A stretch of DNA of 64,000 nt from Octopus vulgaris (Eukaryota), in the NCBI GenBank assembly GCA_951406725.2, contig OX597824.1, forward strand, positions 16,802,001 to 16,866,000, given 5' to 3'. Of this stretch, positions 1-13,681 are shown in pieces (position 1 is the first letter of the stretch; each line of letters starts with the position of its first letter). Under the pieces are notes generated by a model that searched no databases, had not been told where the DNA came from, and saw only the letters and a program-made list of their open reading frames with translations. The position numbers and the translations under genes were made by a program.

Positions 1-369
1 GACGCTCTGAAACTCAACCACTCATCATATTGAACATGGATGATAACGATGATAATGATATGGTGAGAGGAAAGGGATAACCGTCATAATAATACATTTG
101 CTGATAATGATGGTATACAATCTGTGATGATATTTATCACAGTTGTGATAATTACGAACATTGCTTTTGTCTTTCATGCTTTCGGTGTCGATGAGATAAT
201 TTACCAGCAAAGCACTCAAGCGGGGATGCAATCGCCAAGTCCCCTTCCAGAAAATCTTAGAAATTACGTACTAGAAATTATTATTGTTGTTGTTATTATT
301 ATTTTGGTAATATTTAAGGATTGCTGTCGAAATATTGTTCATTCGATAACATTGGCACTCTTCTTATTG

Positions 370-442
<73 letters not shown>

Positions 443-443
<1 letters not shown>

Positions 444-750
444 TATGTTTGACTTTTGCTTTATGTCTGTACAAGTTGGCTCCAAGTCTCACCCAGAGAC
501 CTCAAGAGACAACAGGTTGGAAGTTCTGTGCCATATATTTGGGTTTTTTTTTGTTTTTCTTGTGTTGTACTAGTGAATGTCTAATACATAAAAAATAATA
601 ATAATAATAATAATAAATAAATAAATAAATAAATAAAAATTTTGTTTTAAACCTTGGGATTACATAGAGAGTATTTTGCGTAGGATAATGAGCAGTTCCC
701 ATGAGCACTATCTTTTGAATTTCTGCCATTTTGGGGTTTCCTGGTATCTG
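443..750 (-). mobile_element. R4/Dong-like non-LTR retrotransposon 3' end with (TAA)n tail
   Basis: Minus strand reads IPGNPKMAEIQKIVLMGTAH, then (1-nt frameshift) ILRKILSM*. This is the typical C-terminus of RLE-type R4/Dong ORFs. A 3' UTR follows and runs into the (TAA)n tract at 372-442. Confidence 0.7.
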
Positions 751-954
751 GTGATGATTATGATGATGATTATGATAATGATTATGATAATGATTATGAT
801 TATGATGATGATTATGATGATGATTATGATGATGATGATGATTATTATGATAATGAGCCTTTCTACCAAAGGCACAAGGCCAGGAATTTTGGGGGAGGAG
901 ACAAGTCGATTGCATCGACCCCAGTATTTCACTGGTACTTAATTTATCAGTTTA

Positions 955-1566
<612 letters not shown>

Positions 1567-1637
1567 CAAAATTCCTGGCCTTGTGCCTTTGGTAGAAAGG
1601 CTCATTATCATCATCATCATCATCATCATTATTATTT

Positions 1638-1749
1638 TCCTTTCTTTCTTCAAGTTTTCTTCCATTTCTAGCCGAGTGTATTCCGCACACGGTAGGGCAG
1701 AGAAGCTCACTGTATGCCTTCCCAGATTACATACGGAAATTCACAGGTA

Positions 1750-1750
<1 letters not shown>
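1638..1750 (-). mobile_element. R4/Dong-like 3' UTR fragment between (ATT)n tracts
   Basis: Similar to 40838-40920 (TTCCATTTCT..CGAGTGT.TTCC...TAGGGCA.AGAA.CTCA.TGTAT), which lies downstream of an R4/Dong C-terminus. Confidence 0.45.
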
Positions 1751-1806
<56 letters not shown>

Positions 1807-2104
1807 CATTATTATTATTATTATTATTATCATTATTATTATTATTATCATTATTATTATTATTATCATTATTATTATAATTATTATTATTATTATTATC
1901 ATTATTATCATTATTATTATCATTATTATTATCATTATTATTATAATTATTATTATTATTAATATTATCATTATTATCATCATCATCATCATCATCATCA
2001 TTATTATTATTATTATCATTATTATTATCATTATTATTATTATTATCATTATTATTATTATCATTATCATTATTATCATTATCATAATCATTATTATTAT
2101 CATT

Positions 2105-2147
<43 letters not shown>

Positions 2148-2162
2148 TCATCATCATCATCA

Positions 2163-2208
<46 letters not shown>

Positions 2209-2285
2209 CATCATCATCATCATCATTATTATTATTATTATCATTATTATTATTATTATTATTATCATCATCATCATCATTATTA

Positions 2286-2343
<58 letters not shown>

Positions 2344-2450
2344 CATTATTATTATTATTATTATCATCATCATCATCATTATTATTATTATTATTATCAT
2401 TATTATTATTATTATTATTATTATCATCATCATCATCATCATCATTATTA

Positions 2451-2529
<79 letters not shown>

Positions 2530-2555
2530 CATCATCATCATCATCATCATTATTA

Positions 2556-2616
<61 letters not shown>

Positions 2617-2627
2617 CATCATTATTA
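1750..2627. repeat. Long compound (ATT)n/(ATC)n microsatellite
   Basis: About 880 bp of ATT/ATC triplets; source of the 293-aa poly-I/M pseudo-ORF. Confidence 0.98.
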
Positions 2628-3189
2628 TACTGGCAGAGTCGCTAGTGTGTCGGACACAATGCTTAGTTGCATTTGTTCCAGGTCCTGACTCTATGAGTTC
2701 AAATTCTTTGTGTTTTTTTTTTAGTGTGCGAATCGTTTATGTAAATTTTGTGTCTTCCTGATGGCTTTATTAAACGTAATTATTATTGATAATACTGTTA
2801 CAGTCGGTGATATTATTCTTGTCCTTGTTGTTACCGTTGTTTTCGTATTGAAGTCCTTTTTTTTTCAATGGCTGTCAGTTTAGTTTCTATTTCCTTTCCT
2901 TCACTTCTTCTAATTTTCGGCTTGAATGTTAAAATCGTCTAAAATGCGGGTCTAATGATGATAGGCCATAACTCAATGAAACAATCAGATGATGTATACG
3001 GCTTCCTGAAGAAGAAAAAAAATCATATATATTTATTTATTTTATATAGTCATGTGATACAGCGGCAACAACAACAGCAGCAGCAGCAGCAGCAGTAGCA
3101 GCAGTCACAGTAACAATCTCAGTGGTAAAGAGAATGTTATTGCTTGCATTAGTAATATTGTCATTGATTGCTAGGACGCTACTTGTTCT

Positions 3190-4362
3190 TTACTACTCTA
3201 GGCCCAAAGTTTTGGCCGGTGGGGAGGCCAGTCAATTAGATCGACCCCACTACGCAACTGGTATTTAATTTAGCGACCCTGAAAGGATGAAAGACAAAGT
3301 CGACCTCAGCGGAATTTGAACTCAGGACATAAAGTCAGACGAAACAGCGCTTAGCATTTCGCCCGGCGTGCTAACGTTTCTGCCAGCTCGCCACCTTTTT
3401 AAATATTCTTTTCTACCCTAGGCACAAGACCCGAAATCTTTGAGGAGGGGGCCAGTCGATGAGATCAACCCCAGTACGCAACTGGTACATAATTTATCGA
3501 CCTCCCAAAGGATGAAAGGCAAAGTTCACCTCAGCGGAATTTGAACTCAGAACGTAAAGTTTAGGCGAAATACCTATTTCTTTACTACCCACAAGGGGCT
3601 AAACACAGAGGAGACAAACAAGGACAGAGAGACGGATTAAGTCTATTAGATTGACCCCAGTGCGTAACTGGTACTTAATTTATCGAGCCCGAAAGGATGA
3701 AAGACAAAGTCATCCTCAGCCGAATTTGAACTCAGAACATAGCCAGACGAAATACCGCTAAGCATTTCTCCCATCGTGCTAACGTTTCTAACAGTTCGCC
3801 GCCTTCATAATATTATTTTCTACTCTAGGCACAAGGCACAAATTTTTTGAGGAGGGGGCCAGTCGATAAAATCGAATCCAGTACGCAATTGGTACTTAAT
3901 TTATCGACCCTAAAAGGATCAAAGGCAAAGTCAACCTCGGCGGAATTTGAAACCAGAACGTAAAGACAGACGAAATACCTATTTCTTTACTGACCACAAG
4001 GGGCTACACACAGAGGAAACAAACAAGGAAAGAAAAACGGATTAAGTCGATTATATCGACCTCTGTGCGTAACTGGTACTTATTTAAACGACCTCGAAAG
4101 GCTGAAAGGCAAAGTCGACCTCGGCGGAATTTGAACTCAGCACGTAGCGGCAAACGAAATACCGCAAAGCATTTCGTCCGACGTACTAACGTTTCTGCCA
4201 GCTCGCCGCCTTAGGTATAATGATAATCTTTTCAACTAAAGGCAGAGGGCCTGAAATTTGGAAGGATGGGACTTTTCACCATATCGACCCTGTTACGTAA
4301 CTGGTACTTATTTCATCGACCCCGAAAGCATAGAAGACAGTCGACATCGGCGGAATTTGAAC
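3190..4362 (-). mobile_element. Cluster of tandem SINE family C copies (tRNA-derived)
   Basis: Head GGCGGCGAGCTGGCAGAAACGTTAGCACG...GAGTTCAAATTCC (A/B-box-like) and body GCCTTTCATCCTTTCGGGGTCGATAAATTAAGTACCAG repeated about 6 times; dimers at ~3400-3806 and ~3810-4213. Confidence 0.85.
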
Positions 4363-4414
4363 TAACAACAATAATTGTTATATATATATATGTCTATACA
4401 TGCATATATATGTG

Positions 4415-4462
<48 letters not shown>

Positions 4463-4764
4463 TATATAATATATATATAACTGTGTATATCGCGTACATA
4501 TATACACATATGTGCTTAAGTTCAAATAGATACACATTTATACACACATACATACGCGCACACATATTACATTAAATAAAGTTCTAATAATGTTTGTAGT
4601 TTTAATTCAAGATGTCAAATCTGTAAATATGAAATCAAGATGGCGGAAAGGACATTTGTTGTTACAGTTAAAAAATTTTCTTCAGCTTTGACAACAAGAA
4701 ACAAGACCTCTGCCAAGAACGCGACAATGTCAAACAAAAAGCATTTCACAGAAACAGCAAGGAA

Positions 4765-4896
<132 letters not shown>

Positions 4897-5269
4897 TAAA
4901 CAACGAAAATAACTACGACTGCAATAACATAATTAAAAACGACATCAATAAGAAAGCACAAACATGATGAAAGTATTATTGAAAACAAAGAGAATAGAAC
5001 GGCTACAAGAAACAATAAGTGAAGAGAAAAATCATCGAGAACAATATGGTGGCGATGAATAATGGCGAGAAAGATGGTGAGAAAGAAATAGAAAGCGAGA
5101 GAGAGAGAGAGGGGGGGCAGAGAGTGAGGCAGAGAGTGAGGCAGAGAAAGAGTGAGAGAGAATGAAAGAAAGAGGAGGAGGGGGCAAAATGATTTCTAAA
5201 TATATAAATCAAACGATGACAGAAATAAGTACAAACAGCAGTAACAGCAGCAACAACAACAACAACACA

Positions 5270-5323
<54 letters not shown>

Positions 5324-5906
5324 CACCACCACCACTACTACTGCTACTACTACTACTGATACCACCATCATCACCACTACTACTACTACCACCACCACCA
5401 CCCATACCACTACCACCACAACCACCACCACCACCACTACCACTACTTACATTTAAACCGTCCTAATTTCAGTTTTCTCTAGACATATTTCGTAAGGCTG
5501 TCCATTAAATTAATCAAATAAAATGGTGAAGAAATTCCATGGTTTGCTTTACTTCGCTACGAAGTAATTAAAGCTCAGAGAAGGCAGGTTACTTAATGTT
5601 CTAGGACGTTCGAAACACAGTTTTAAGGGTTATTGTTGGGGTTTCAATGCGTGGAGCTTTGTGTCCTTCAAGAACACACCGTATTTCACACTTCTTCAGT
5701 TTCTTTAGCTGTAACGAGAGCCAATAGAGTGATGGTTCAAGCCTCAGTCTCCGAAGCTTTTATATTCTCTCAATGTCCCCGTGCGTGAAAAGTAGAAGGG
5801 GCATGGATTGAGACTATGAGTAACTGAGGCTGCAAAAGCACTTAAGACAATCACAGAAAACACGACATAAGTTACCCGTTTGGATAGTGGTAACTGACTG
5901 TCCTTT

Positions 5907-6269
5907 GTTGTTGAAGGCTCTCCTGAAACGACAAAGGACAGTCGTTGAAGGCTCTCCTGAAACGACAAAGGACAGTCGTTGAAGGCTCTCCTGAAACGAC
6001 AAAGGTCAGTCGTTGAAGGCTCTCCTGAAACGACAAAGGTCAGTCGTTGAAGGCTCTCCTGAAACGACAAAGGACAGTCGTAGAAGGCTCTCCTGAAACG
6101 ACAAAGGTCAGTCGTTGAAGGCTCTCCTGAAACGACAAAGGTCAGTCGTAGAAGGCTCTCCTGAAACGACAAAGGTCAGTCGTTGAAGGCTCTCCTGAAA
6201 CGACAAAGGTCAGTCGTTGAAGGCTCTCCTGAAACGACAAACGACCGTTGAAGGCTCTCCCGTAACGGT
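5907..6269. repeat. 34-bp hairpin minisatellite, about 11 copies
   Basis: Unit GTCGTTGAAGGCTCTCCTGAAACGACAAAGG(A/T)CA starting at 5907, 5941, 5975 ... 6213, plus a variant at 6244. Confidence 0.95.
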
Positions 6270-6844
6270 GTTACTCTTCATGTAACACCACTTAATTTTA
6301 GTTTTACCAACGACATATTTAGAAGTTACATTTTCATAAATTCTCATTCAAGCTTCATGGTTTATTTCAATCACTCGGTGTAGCTCTTAACGAGATTTTC
6401 TTATAAGCTCTGATAAGCCGATGTTATGTCAGTGAAATATCGGAAACTGTGCAGTAGATTTAATCTGTCATTGATCTAACACCTTCTTAATTAGCGCGTG
6501 TACGCATTCCCGCATAACGTATGGTATGCATTTAATATATGCTGTATGCACGCATTCTTACTTGGAGAATATACGCATTATATATGGCTCACATCAACAT
6601 CCATATATGGTGCATGCTCGCATTACATATCCCCCACTTGGTGCATATACGCTTTCGTACATGGTACATATACGGATACCCATATGATACATTTACGGAT
6701 TCTCGTACGTAGTCATATCACACACGTGTAGTTTTATAGGGAGCATTAAGAGGCAGGCCTCTGGACCGAGGATAACATCCGTCTTCATCCAGATAGTCTT
6801 GGAGAACAGCGAAAATTCATTGTTACTGACCAGCCTGCGATTAA

Positions 6845-7360
6845 CCCCTTGACAACGGTTGACGCAAATATGCGATCACACTTTTGCTTGCCTACCCGCG
6901 GTTAACGTAAATATACGATATAGAGCTGCCCTACATTTATCATGGACCTTTTAGCAGCTGACGTATGTTTACGTTCGCTATCGTGTACTTGAGGTGCGCG
7001 CGCTCGCCGTCCCTTGCATTATCTTAGCTATTTTAGGTTAGGTTCAAGTCATGAGACTAGCAGTAGACCAATGACATGCGGATACTTTACATGCATAATA
7101 CCGTGTTTTGGGTTGTACCACATGCAAGCTATTTTCTGAACTTGAGCAGAATAACTCTTGCATATCATATTATGATAAATAGCATCACATAGTTCGTTTT
7201 CATAAACCGGTTGATGTAAATGTACGACGCTATGTTATTGTAACGGTGAACGTAAATAGACGCGAGCTCGTTGGCACTTGTGTGTTTGCGTGGCCTCATT
7301 AGATAAAAAAAAAACCGAAGCAGTGTCTCGCATGCTTCGGGTAATACCGGCGTCAAGGGG
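6845..7360. mobile_element. Non-autonomous piggyBac-like element (MITE)
   Basis: TTAA at 6841-6844 and 7361-7364; TIRs CCCCTTGACAACGGT / ACCGGCGTCAAGGGG (13/15 match); internal repeats like CGGTTGACGTAAATATACG near both ends. Confidence 0.85.
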
Positions 7361-7804
7361 TTAATGAAAAAGTTTAATTTCCTTGAATCAAATTGCAGTA
7401 AAAATGGTCGTCAGCACGAACTTTTAGTTAAGGAGAAAGTTCCATCAGAGAGCATATAAGAGTGGTTTCCTGAGTTGTGCAATGTTAAAAGTTTCGGATG
7501 TTGCAGTTCGTTACGAGTGAGAAAAATACACAGAAATTTGTGTCTCGTGAGCAAATGACTGACCTGGCTTGGGATTTGAGATGGAGTTGTTCGATGCAAA
7601 TATATTCCTCAAATGCTGATAGAATTATGATCAACTGAGAGAGTTTAATGTCTCACATAATGTTTATATTCTGCTAAAATTTAATCATTTTTTTAAACCC
7701 TAAAATGCAGTTTGATCCACTTAGAGTATTAAGAAGAATTTTGTAAAAGTGGATGCAATCTTTGACAATTTAACTAAGATAGTAAACTTTCGTAGAAATA
7801 TAAT

Positions 7805-8349
7805 TACCGCATATAATTGGCTATAAGATGCACCTTATTATTTTTACCCCATAATGACTTTAAAAATCCCCCTGCATCCAATGCACTCAATGCAGGCTCA
7901 AAACTCACCTACGGTATATATGTTTTACAAAACGTGTGCTGTCATCTATTGGTGAACATCGGTTGATAAAGAACCGCCTGCGGTATGTTTATATCGAATG
8001 TGGATGCAATAAATTGCTTATAATTACCGGAAATAACAAGGTTATACAGGTAAGTGCAGGAATTAAAACATTTTTGTGGAAATTTATTTTACAAAAGTAT
8101 ACTGTTGAGGTTTATTGCTCGGATCCTCTACGGTTGATCGTGGGAATTTTCCGAGCCCCCTCCCCACCCCCCGTTTCTCAGCGCGCTTTTTTTTCGTCAT
8201 ATTCCTTCAATATACGATGCCTTACACCTGTTACACATATTTTTTTCCATTTTTGCCACCTGGGCGTGGATCTATATATTAACCAGTATACTCTAGGCTA
8301 GGGTGCGTGCTATGCACTCGTGCATCTGATAGGACATCGAATGCGGTAA
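7805..8349. mobile_element. Degenerate pogo-like (Tc1/mariner superfamily) MITE
   Basis: Ends TACCGCAT...TATAAGATGCACC and GGGTGCGTGCTAT...ATGCGGTA resemble TACCGTA-type TIRs; similar ends at 28416-28773. Confidence 0.5.
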
Positions 8350-8475
8350 ATGCGTTTTTCGTTTCACAGCTGGATGTCCAGACACTACAGGAAGACAAAA
8401 TAACTGGTAAATGCATCATTGCATGATTGTTTATTTGCAGCCTATCTTTCAGACTCACTAAGCGCTATAAATGTA

Positions 8476-8641
8476 AGGCGCAGGAGTGGCTGTGTGGTAA
8501 GTAGCTTGCTAACCAACCAAATGGTTCCGGGTTCAGTCCCACTGCGTGGCATCTTGGGCAAGTGTCTTCTGCTATAGCCCCGGGCCGACCAATGCCTTGT
8601 GAGTGGATTTGGTAGACGGAAACTGAAAGAAGCTTGTCGTA

Positions 8642-8730
<89 letters not shown>

Positions 8731-8940
8731 TTGTGTGTCTGTGTTTGTCCCCCTAGCATTGCTTGACAACCGATGCTGGTGTGTTTACGTCCCCGTCACT
8801 TAGCGGTTCGGCAAAAGAGACCGTTAGAATAAGTACTGGGCTTACAAAGAATAAGTCCCGGGGTCGATTTGCTCGACTAAAGGCGGTGCTCCAGCATGGC
8901 CGCAGTCAAATGACTGAAACAAGTAAAAGAGTAAAAGAGT
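8476..8940 (+). mobile_element. Bipartite SINE family A with internal (AT)n(GT)n microsatellite
   Basis: tRNA-like head GGCGCAGGAGTGGCTGTGTGGTAAG...GGTTCAGTCCC, CORE-like TTGGGCAAGTGTCTT, tail ...CAGCATGGCCGCAGTCAAATGACTGAAACAAGTAAAAGAG; many copies in the window. Confidence 0.9.
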
Positions 8941-9149
8941 ATATAAATAACACCAGGATAATAACGGAAGAGTATGAACATTGGTAACTATATTTTTTTC
9001 CGCCTAATTTTCCTCCAAAGCACAACATGCCCTTTCGAAATATGAGAAACAAGTCAGATAAACTACGAAACTCGAGTTGGCTACATATTGGAATATTTCT
9101 AACCTGAAATGTGCTCAAGTAGTTTCAAAATTTGTTTTCAAATTATTGG

Positions 9150-9592
9150 TTTTAAATTTGGCACAAGGCCAGCAGGTTTACAGGAAGGGCTAAGTCGATG
9201 AAAACTCCTTCAGTTTCACTGGTACTTATCAAATCGATCTTGAAAAGATGAAAGGCAAAGTCGACCCCGGCGAAATTTCAACTCAGAATGTATAGACAAA
9301 CGAAATGCCACTAAGCATTTCGCCCAGCATGCTACCGATTCTGCCTGTTCTGCCGGCTTACTTCAGACAATACTACTCCGTACTCTGCGACCTCGGCTAA
9401 TTAGAGTGCCTCTAATAATCCTTTCTACTAAAGGCACATGGCCTGAAATCTCGGGGAAGGGGTCTAGTGGAAATTTATTGGCCCTGAAAGGATGAAAGCC
9501 AAAGTCGACCTTGGCGGAATTTGAACTCGGAACATGCAGACGGACGAAACGCTGTTAAGCATTTTACCCGGCGTGCTAACGACTCTGCCACC
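9150..9592 (-). mobile_element. Two degenerate SINE family C copies
   Basis: GAAAGGCAAAGTCGAC...GAATTTGAACTC motif present twice. Confidence 0.7.
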
Positions 9593-9602
9593 TCTAGAGT
9601 AG

Positions 9603-9922
9603 GTTAGTTAGTTAGTTAGTTAATTATTTGGCTCAAAAAGCAAAAAGCAAGGCCATGTAGGGGGACATGAAGTTATGTACAGGGTGGTGTTCATGTAAAG
9701 AGTTCTGGCCACTTGTGCTCAAGGGAGACTTTGAACCGAGCGGTCGTCGGCATCCTCACCATCTCGTCCGGCAGCTTATTCCACGGATCCACAACCCGGA
9801 CGGAGAAAGCCCCTCTCCTTCGACTGAGATGAAATCGTCGCAGATATAGCTTTTTGGAATGACGCCGCAGCCGACGCTCTGGAGCAGGAGTGAAGAACAG
9901 CTCTTTCGGGAGGTTACACTTT
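9603..9922 (-). mobile_element. CR1-clade LINE 3' end with (TAAC)n tail
   Basis: Minus strand reads ELFFTPAPERRLRRHSKKLYLRRFHLSRRRGAFSVRVVDPWNKLPDEMVRMPTTARFKVSLEHKW, matching the CR1 ORF2 C-terminal pattern (RGH..KL, FS.RVV..WN.LP). (TAAC)n tail at 9603-9622. Confidence 0.8.
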
Positions 9923-10701
9923 CCGCAATATTGGGCTTAATATTTTGATGAGAAGGACAGTGTCAATTAATTCGACTCCGGTGCTTCAATGGATCTTATC
10001 GGCCTTTGAACCGCGATTATATTAGCAACTCTATAAGGATTCAACAAATTGAAAATATCATTCCTCAAAGAGTTATATAAAATGAAAACACAAACGAAAT
10101 GGCATGGTATTATAAACAACGTAAAAATATTATAACTCCCTAATATTTGATCACATATTTCTAGTGTGTATTCTAGTGTATATATTATTTATAAATGTAT
10201 GGAGAAAATACTTGTCCCTTAGTTCTTTAAATCCTGTACAAGGTTCCAGAGAGCATTCAAAAGAAGGACCATGCGTATACACATAAGAATAGCACGTATG
10301 ATTATAGTCTAAGAGAAAAGCAATTGAAATGTTGGGCGTAGTTGAGCGAGAGACCAAACAATTACTTGTAGCACCAAAGATGGACTGAAGGCAAGGATTA
10401 TGGCAGTAATCATCAACATAAACAAAAAGAACGTCCGGAAGAGTTGCAGGAAATTCTGAAGTCTGGAGGCGTACTTAAAGCCAATGGTGATTTTATTGAA
10501 TAAATTTACTCTAGTATTTCGAGATAATTTCAAGATATTTTAATGTCATTTTGGCAAATATATCTCTTAAAATCAGATGTCAGTGTTATTTTCATATATA
10601 TATACATATATTGGTAAAAAAGGTAAGATAACAAAAGAAAGAAAGAGACCTCAATATTATGTAATTTAGCTATAAAATAATGTTACAATTAGTCAATAGT
10701 C

Positions 10702-10765
10702 AAGATAAAACTCTGAGTTTTAGATGCCGAGGTGGAAATCCACAACACCATCTCTTCGGTTATCT
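10702..10765 (-). ncRNA. Degenerate type I hammerhead-like motif
   Basis: Minus strand: AGATAA-CCGAAGA-GATG...CATC-TAAAA-CTCAGAG-TT-TTATCT. Stems I, II and III pair but the core is mutated. Confidence 0.45.
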
Positions 10766-11389
10766 GCCCATCTGAAAAAACGCTATGAAAAAATACCGTT
10801 ATATAAAGGGAAATTACTGTGTTATAATTCTGCTACTTATATAAAATTAAAAGTAAACATGACTAGTCATACGCTCACATGTACGCTCGCGGACCCACGT
10901 GCGTACTTATATGTCACTATGAAAACGTACACATCTTCACTCGCATTTTTCGCCTAAAATATATACGCATATATATACAAACTCATACACACACACGCGT
11001 ACCGTAAAAGTTCATACATACGTCTATATACGCACAAGCACAAGAAAAACAATGGTTAAAGGTAACAGAAAAAACATAAGGAAGTATACAAAGCATAAAA
11101 ACCACGTTCATATACGGACATGCCCTTATGCACTCATACACACACACGCCCATATATGTACATACCCGCACATGTTTATATACGCACACACACATACACA
11201 CGCATATACAAAAAATGAATATACATATGTCCCCCCCCCCCCAAAAAAAAGAACCCTAAAAAAATGGAAAAATACTAAGTAAAAACGTCTATATATATAT
11301 GCATTCTTAAGCCCGCACACACGCACACATCTAAAAACTGCCCACTCATACATATTCACACACGTGTACAAATAAATATATATACACGT

Positions 11390-11863
11390 CTATATAGGCA
11401 CAGGAAAAAATGCAGGATAGAAGAGTACAGAAAAAATTATTATGTGTGAAAAAATATAAAAATATATGAAATAATAAAAGGTATAATGAGATAAAAAACT
11501 TTTTGGGACATAATATAGAAAGCAAGTTCTATCTGTTCTATCTGACCAAAAACGTAACAAAAATTTTGTCACATGTGGGCATGATCCGAAAAGTTCTGTC
11601 CTTGAGTTTAGACATGTAGTAGGGTCTAAGCTGCTTTTCCAGATAAGACATCTCTCCATGTCGCATAGACCGCACTTTCCACTGCCGTTGGTGTAGGGCT
11701 TACATTTGGCCAAAATCTTCCAATGGATGTTATAATCGACACCTTTATCTTTTAAAGACAAAATATGATTAGATAATTTTGTCGCTTTTCTTTTGTTCCA
11801 GTGCCTAAAACTCAAGGTGTGGTTATTGAACCTGGCCTTGAAATTACCCTCTGTAAGGCCCAT
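11390..11863 (-). pseudogene. Penelope-like GIY-YIG endonuclease C-terminal fragment
   Basis: (IY)MGLTEGNFKARFNNH...LSNHILSLKD...WKIL...KCGLCDMER...LNSRTELFGSCPH..KFLL shows the YIG-like motif, catalytic R, CxxC..E and LN motifs of PLE endonucleases. No upstream RT is present. Confidence 0.85.
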
Positions 11864-11964
11864 GTATATAATAAATATAATAAATTTCAGGGTAGTAAAA
11901 CATTATTCAGAAATTCTTTACCACCGTAGCCTAGCGTGTAGAAAAACTAGTCAATAGACTATAT

Positions 11965-12417
11965 ATTATTCATTATATATACAGTGTACATTTAAACACA
12001 TATGAGATGGCCATAACCGGACATCTAAGCCGCTAGAAGGAGTAGTTAAAATCCAAACCATAATTAGGGTAATTTCGAAAGGGAATGAAAAAAAAAAAAA
12101 ACATTTACCATCTATTTCCTGGATTTGAAAAATTATAACATGTAAGCACGGGGTATGTTCTGTATTGCTTCGGACTTATATGTTAATTTTTGGCTTTCCA
12201 GCTGATGAGAGCTTCGCCTAACAAATTACTATATTTGCTGAAGATAGCTTGAAACCATGGTCCAGGATATAGATAGTAAACATTTTTATTTTTCCTTCCC
12301 TTTCGAAATTACTCCTAATTGTGGTTTGGATTTTAACTACTCCTTCTAGCGGTTTAGTTGTCCGATAATGGCCATCTCTTATGTGTTTAAAGCTACACTG
12401 TATGTATAATGAATAAT
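11965..12417. repeat. Long inverted repeat (arms ~158 bp) enclosing a hammerhead motif
   Basis: 11965-12123 is the imperfect reverse complement of 12261-12417; a related copy lies at 20360-20590. Confidence 0.85.
12197..12267 (+). ncRNA. Type I hammerhead ribozyme motif
   Basis: TCCAG-CTGATGA-GAGCT...AGCTT-GAAA-CCATGG-TC-CAGGA: intact core, 5-bp stem II, palindromic minimal stem III, stem I 4/5 paired. Confidence 0.7.
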
Positions 12418-13192
12418 TATATATATGTGTAGAAATATATGTATGTATGTATATATATATATATATATATATATACGAAATAATGATATCAATAATCCGG
12501 AGTATTATTATAAAAAATACTAATCATCTAAGTCGTTTAAACATTAATCATTCGGTATCATTGACTTAATTAATTACAGTATATTCAGTATCATTAGCTG
12601 TTGTACAAAAATGTAAATGAAAAAATAAAGCAAAATAAAAATAAACCCATAACAAGAAAGAAACGAAAATGGACATGTTTAATTAAAAGAAGCTCATTTT
12701 TTTTTTCTATTTTAATCAGAAAAAAATTGCGATCGGTATTGTGAAGCCATCAAGGAAATTTATAGGACCTCGTCGCAAATTAGAGAAGATCAAGAGAGTT
12801 CCGAGAGACAGAGAGAGAGACGGAGAGAGACGGCAAGAGAGAGAGAGGGAGAGAAGGAGAAAGATTGGGTGAGAGGAAGAGAGAGAAAGAAAACGAGAGG
12901 GAGATTGGATTTGTATCTGCACGAAATACTAATATTTGTTTAGTCACCTGAATGTTTTGATAGCAGCACGGAGTCATCGATTTGTTTTTCCATCAAATAA
13001 TTTATAAAGCTGATCAGTGATAATGGACAGAGCTTAGCGCTTTATTGCCAAATGTACATCCCAGAACACACATATTTAAACACGCAGATTAATACTACAA
13101 AATATTCTACATACATACACGGTTGTATATGTGTGTGTGTCTTATTACATATATATGTATATAAATATACATATATATGCATACATACACAC

Positions 13193-13295
<103 letters not shown>

Positions 13296-13315
13296 TGTGT
13301 GTGTATGTGTGTGTT

Positions 13316-13612
13316 TGGAGGCGCCATGGTTAGGGCAGCGGACTCGCGGTCGTAGGATGACGGTTTCGATTCTCAGACCGGGCGTTGTGAATGTTTATTG
13401 AGCGAAAACACCTAAAGCTCCACGAGGCTCTGGCAGGTGATGGTGGCGATCCCTGCTGTACTCCTTCGCCACAACTTTCTCTCATTCTTGCTTCTGTTGG
13501 CCTGCTCGCTTAGCCAGCGAGGTGGCGTCATTTGAAGGCTAAAACAATGCGAAGCGCATTGTGACCAGCAATGTGTAGCAATATCTGATAGCCTGGTCGG
13601 TCACATCATGAC
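13316..13612 (+). mobile_element. SINE family B (tRNA-Arg-like head)
   Basis: Head TGGTTAGGGCAGCGGACTCGCGGTC...GGTTTCGATTC; body shared with 26631-27016, 33273-33657 and 63722-64000. Confidence 0.85.
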
Positions 13613-13631
13613 ATATATATATATATGTCTA

Positions 13632-13681
<50 letters not shown>

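Larger units (their letters stand above)
10610..11880 (-). mobile_element. 5'-truncated Penelope-like element (GIY-YIG end, 3' region, degenerate hammerhead)
   Basis: GIY-YIG ORF fragment at 11390-11863, followed downstream by a hammerhead-like motif at 10702-10765. Confidence 0.65.

Noticed and set aside
1741-2622. Long homopolymeric ORFs (also 25161-25971, 51918-52553, 36819-37478 and similar)
   Set aside because: These are translations of microsatellites.
5907-6269. CRISPR-like array (GTCG...GAAAC hairpin repeat)
   Set aside because: The intervening 8 nt are near-constant rather than unique spacers, there are no cas genes and the context is eukaryotic. It also resembles a hammerhead but lacks CUGANGA and the UH cleavage site.
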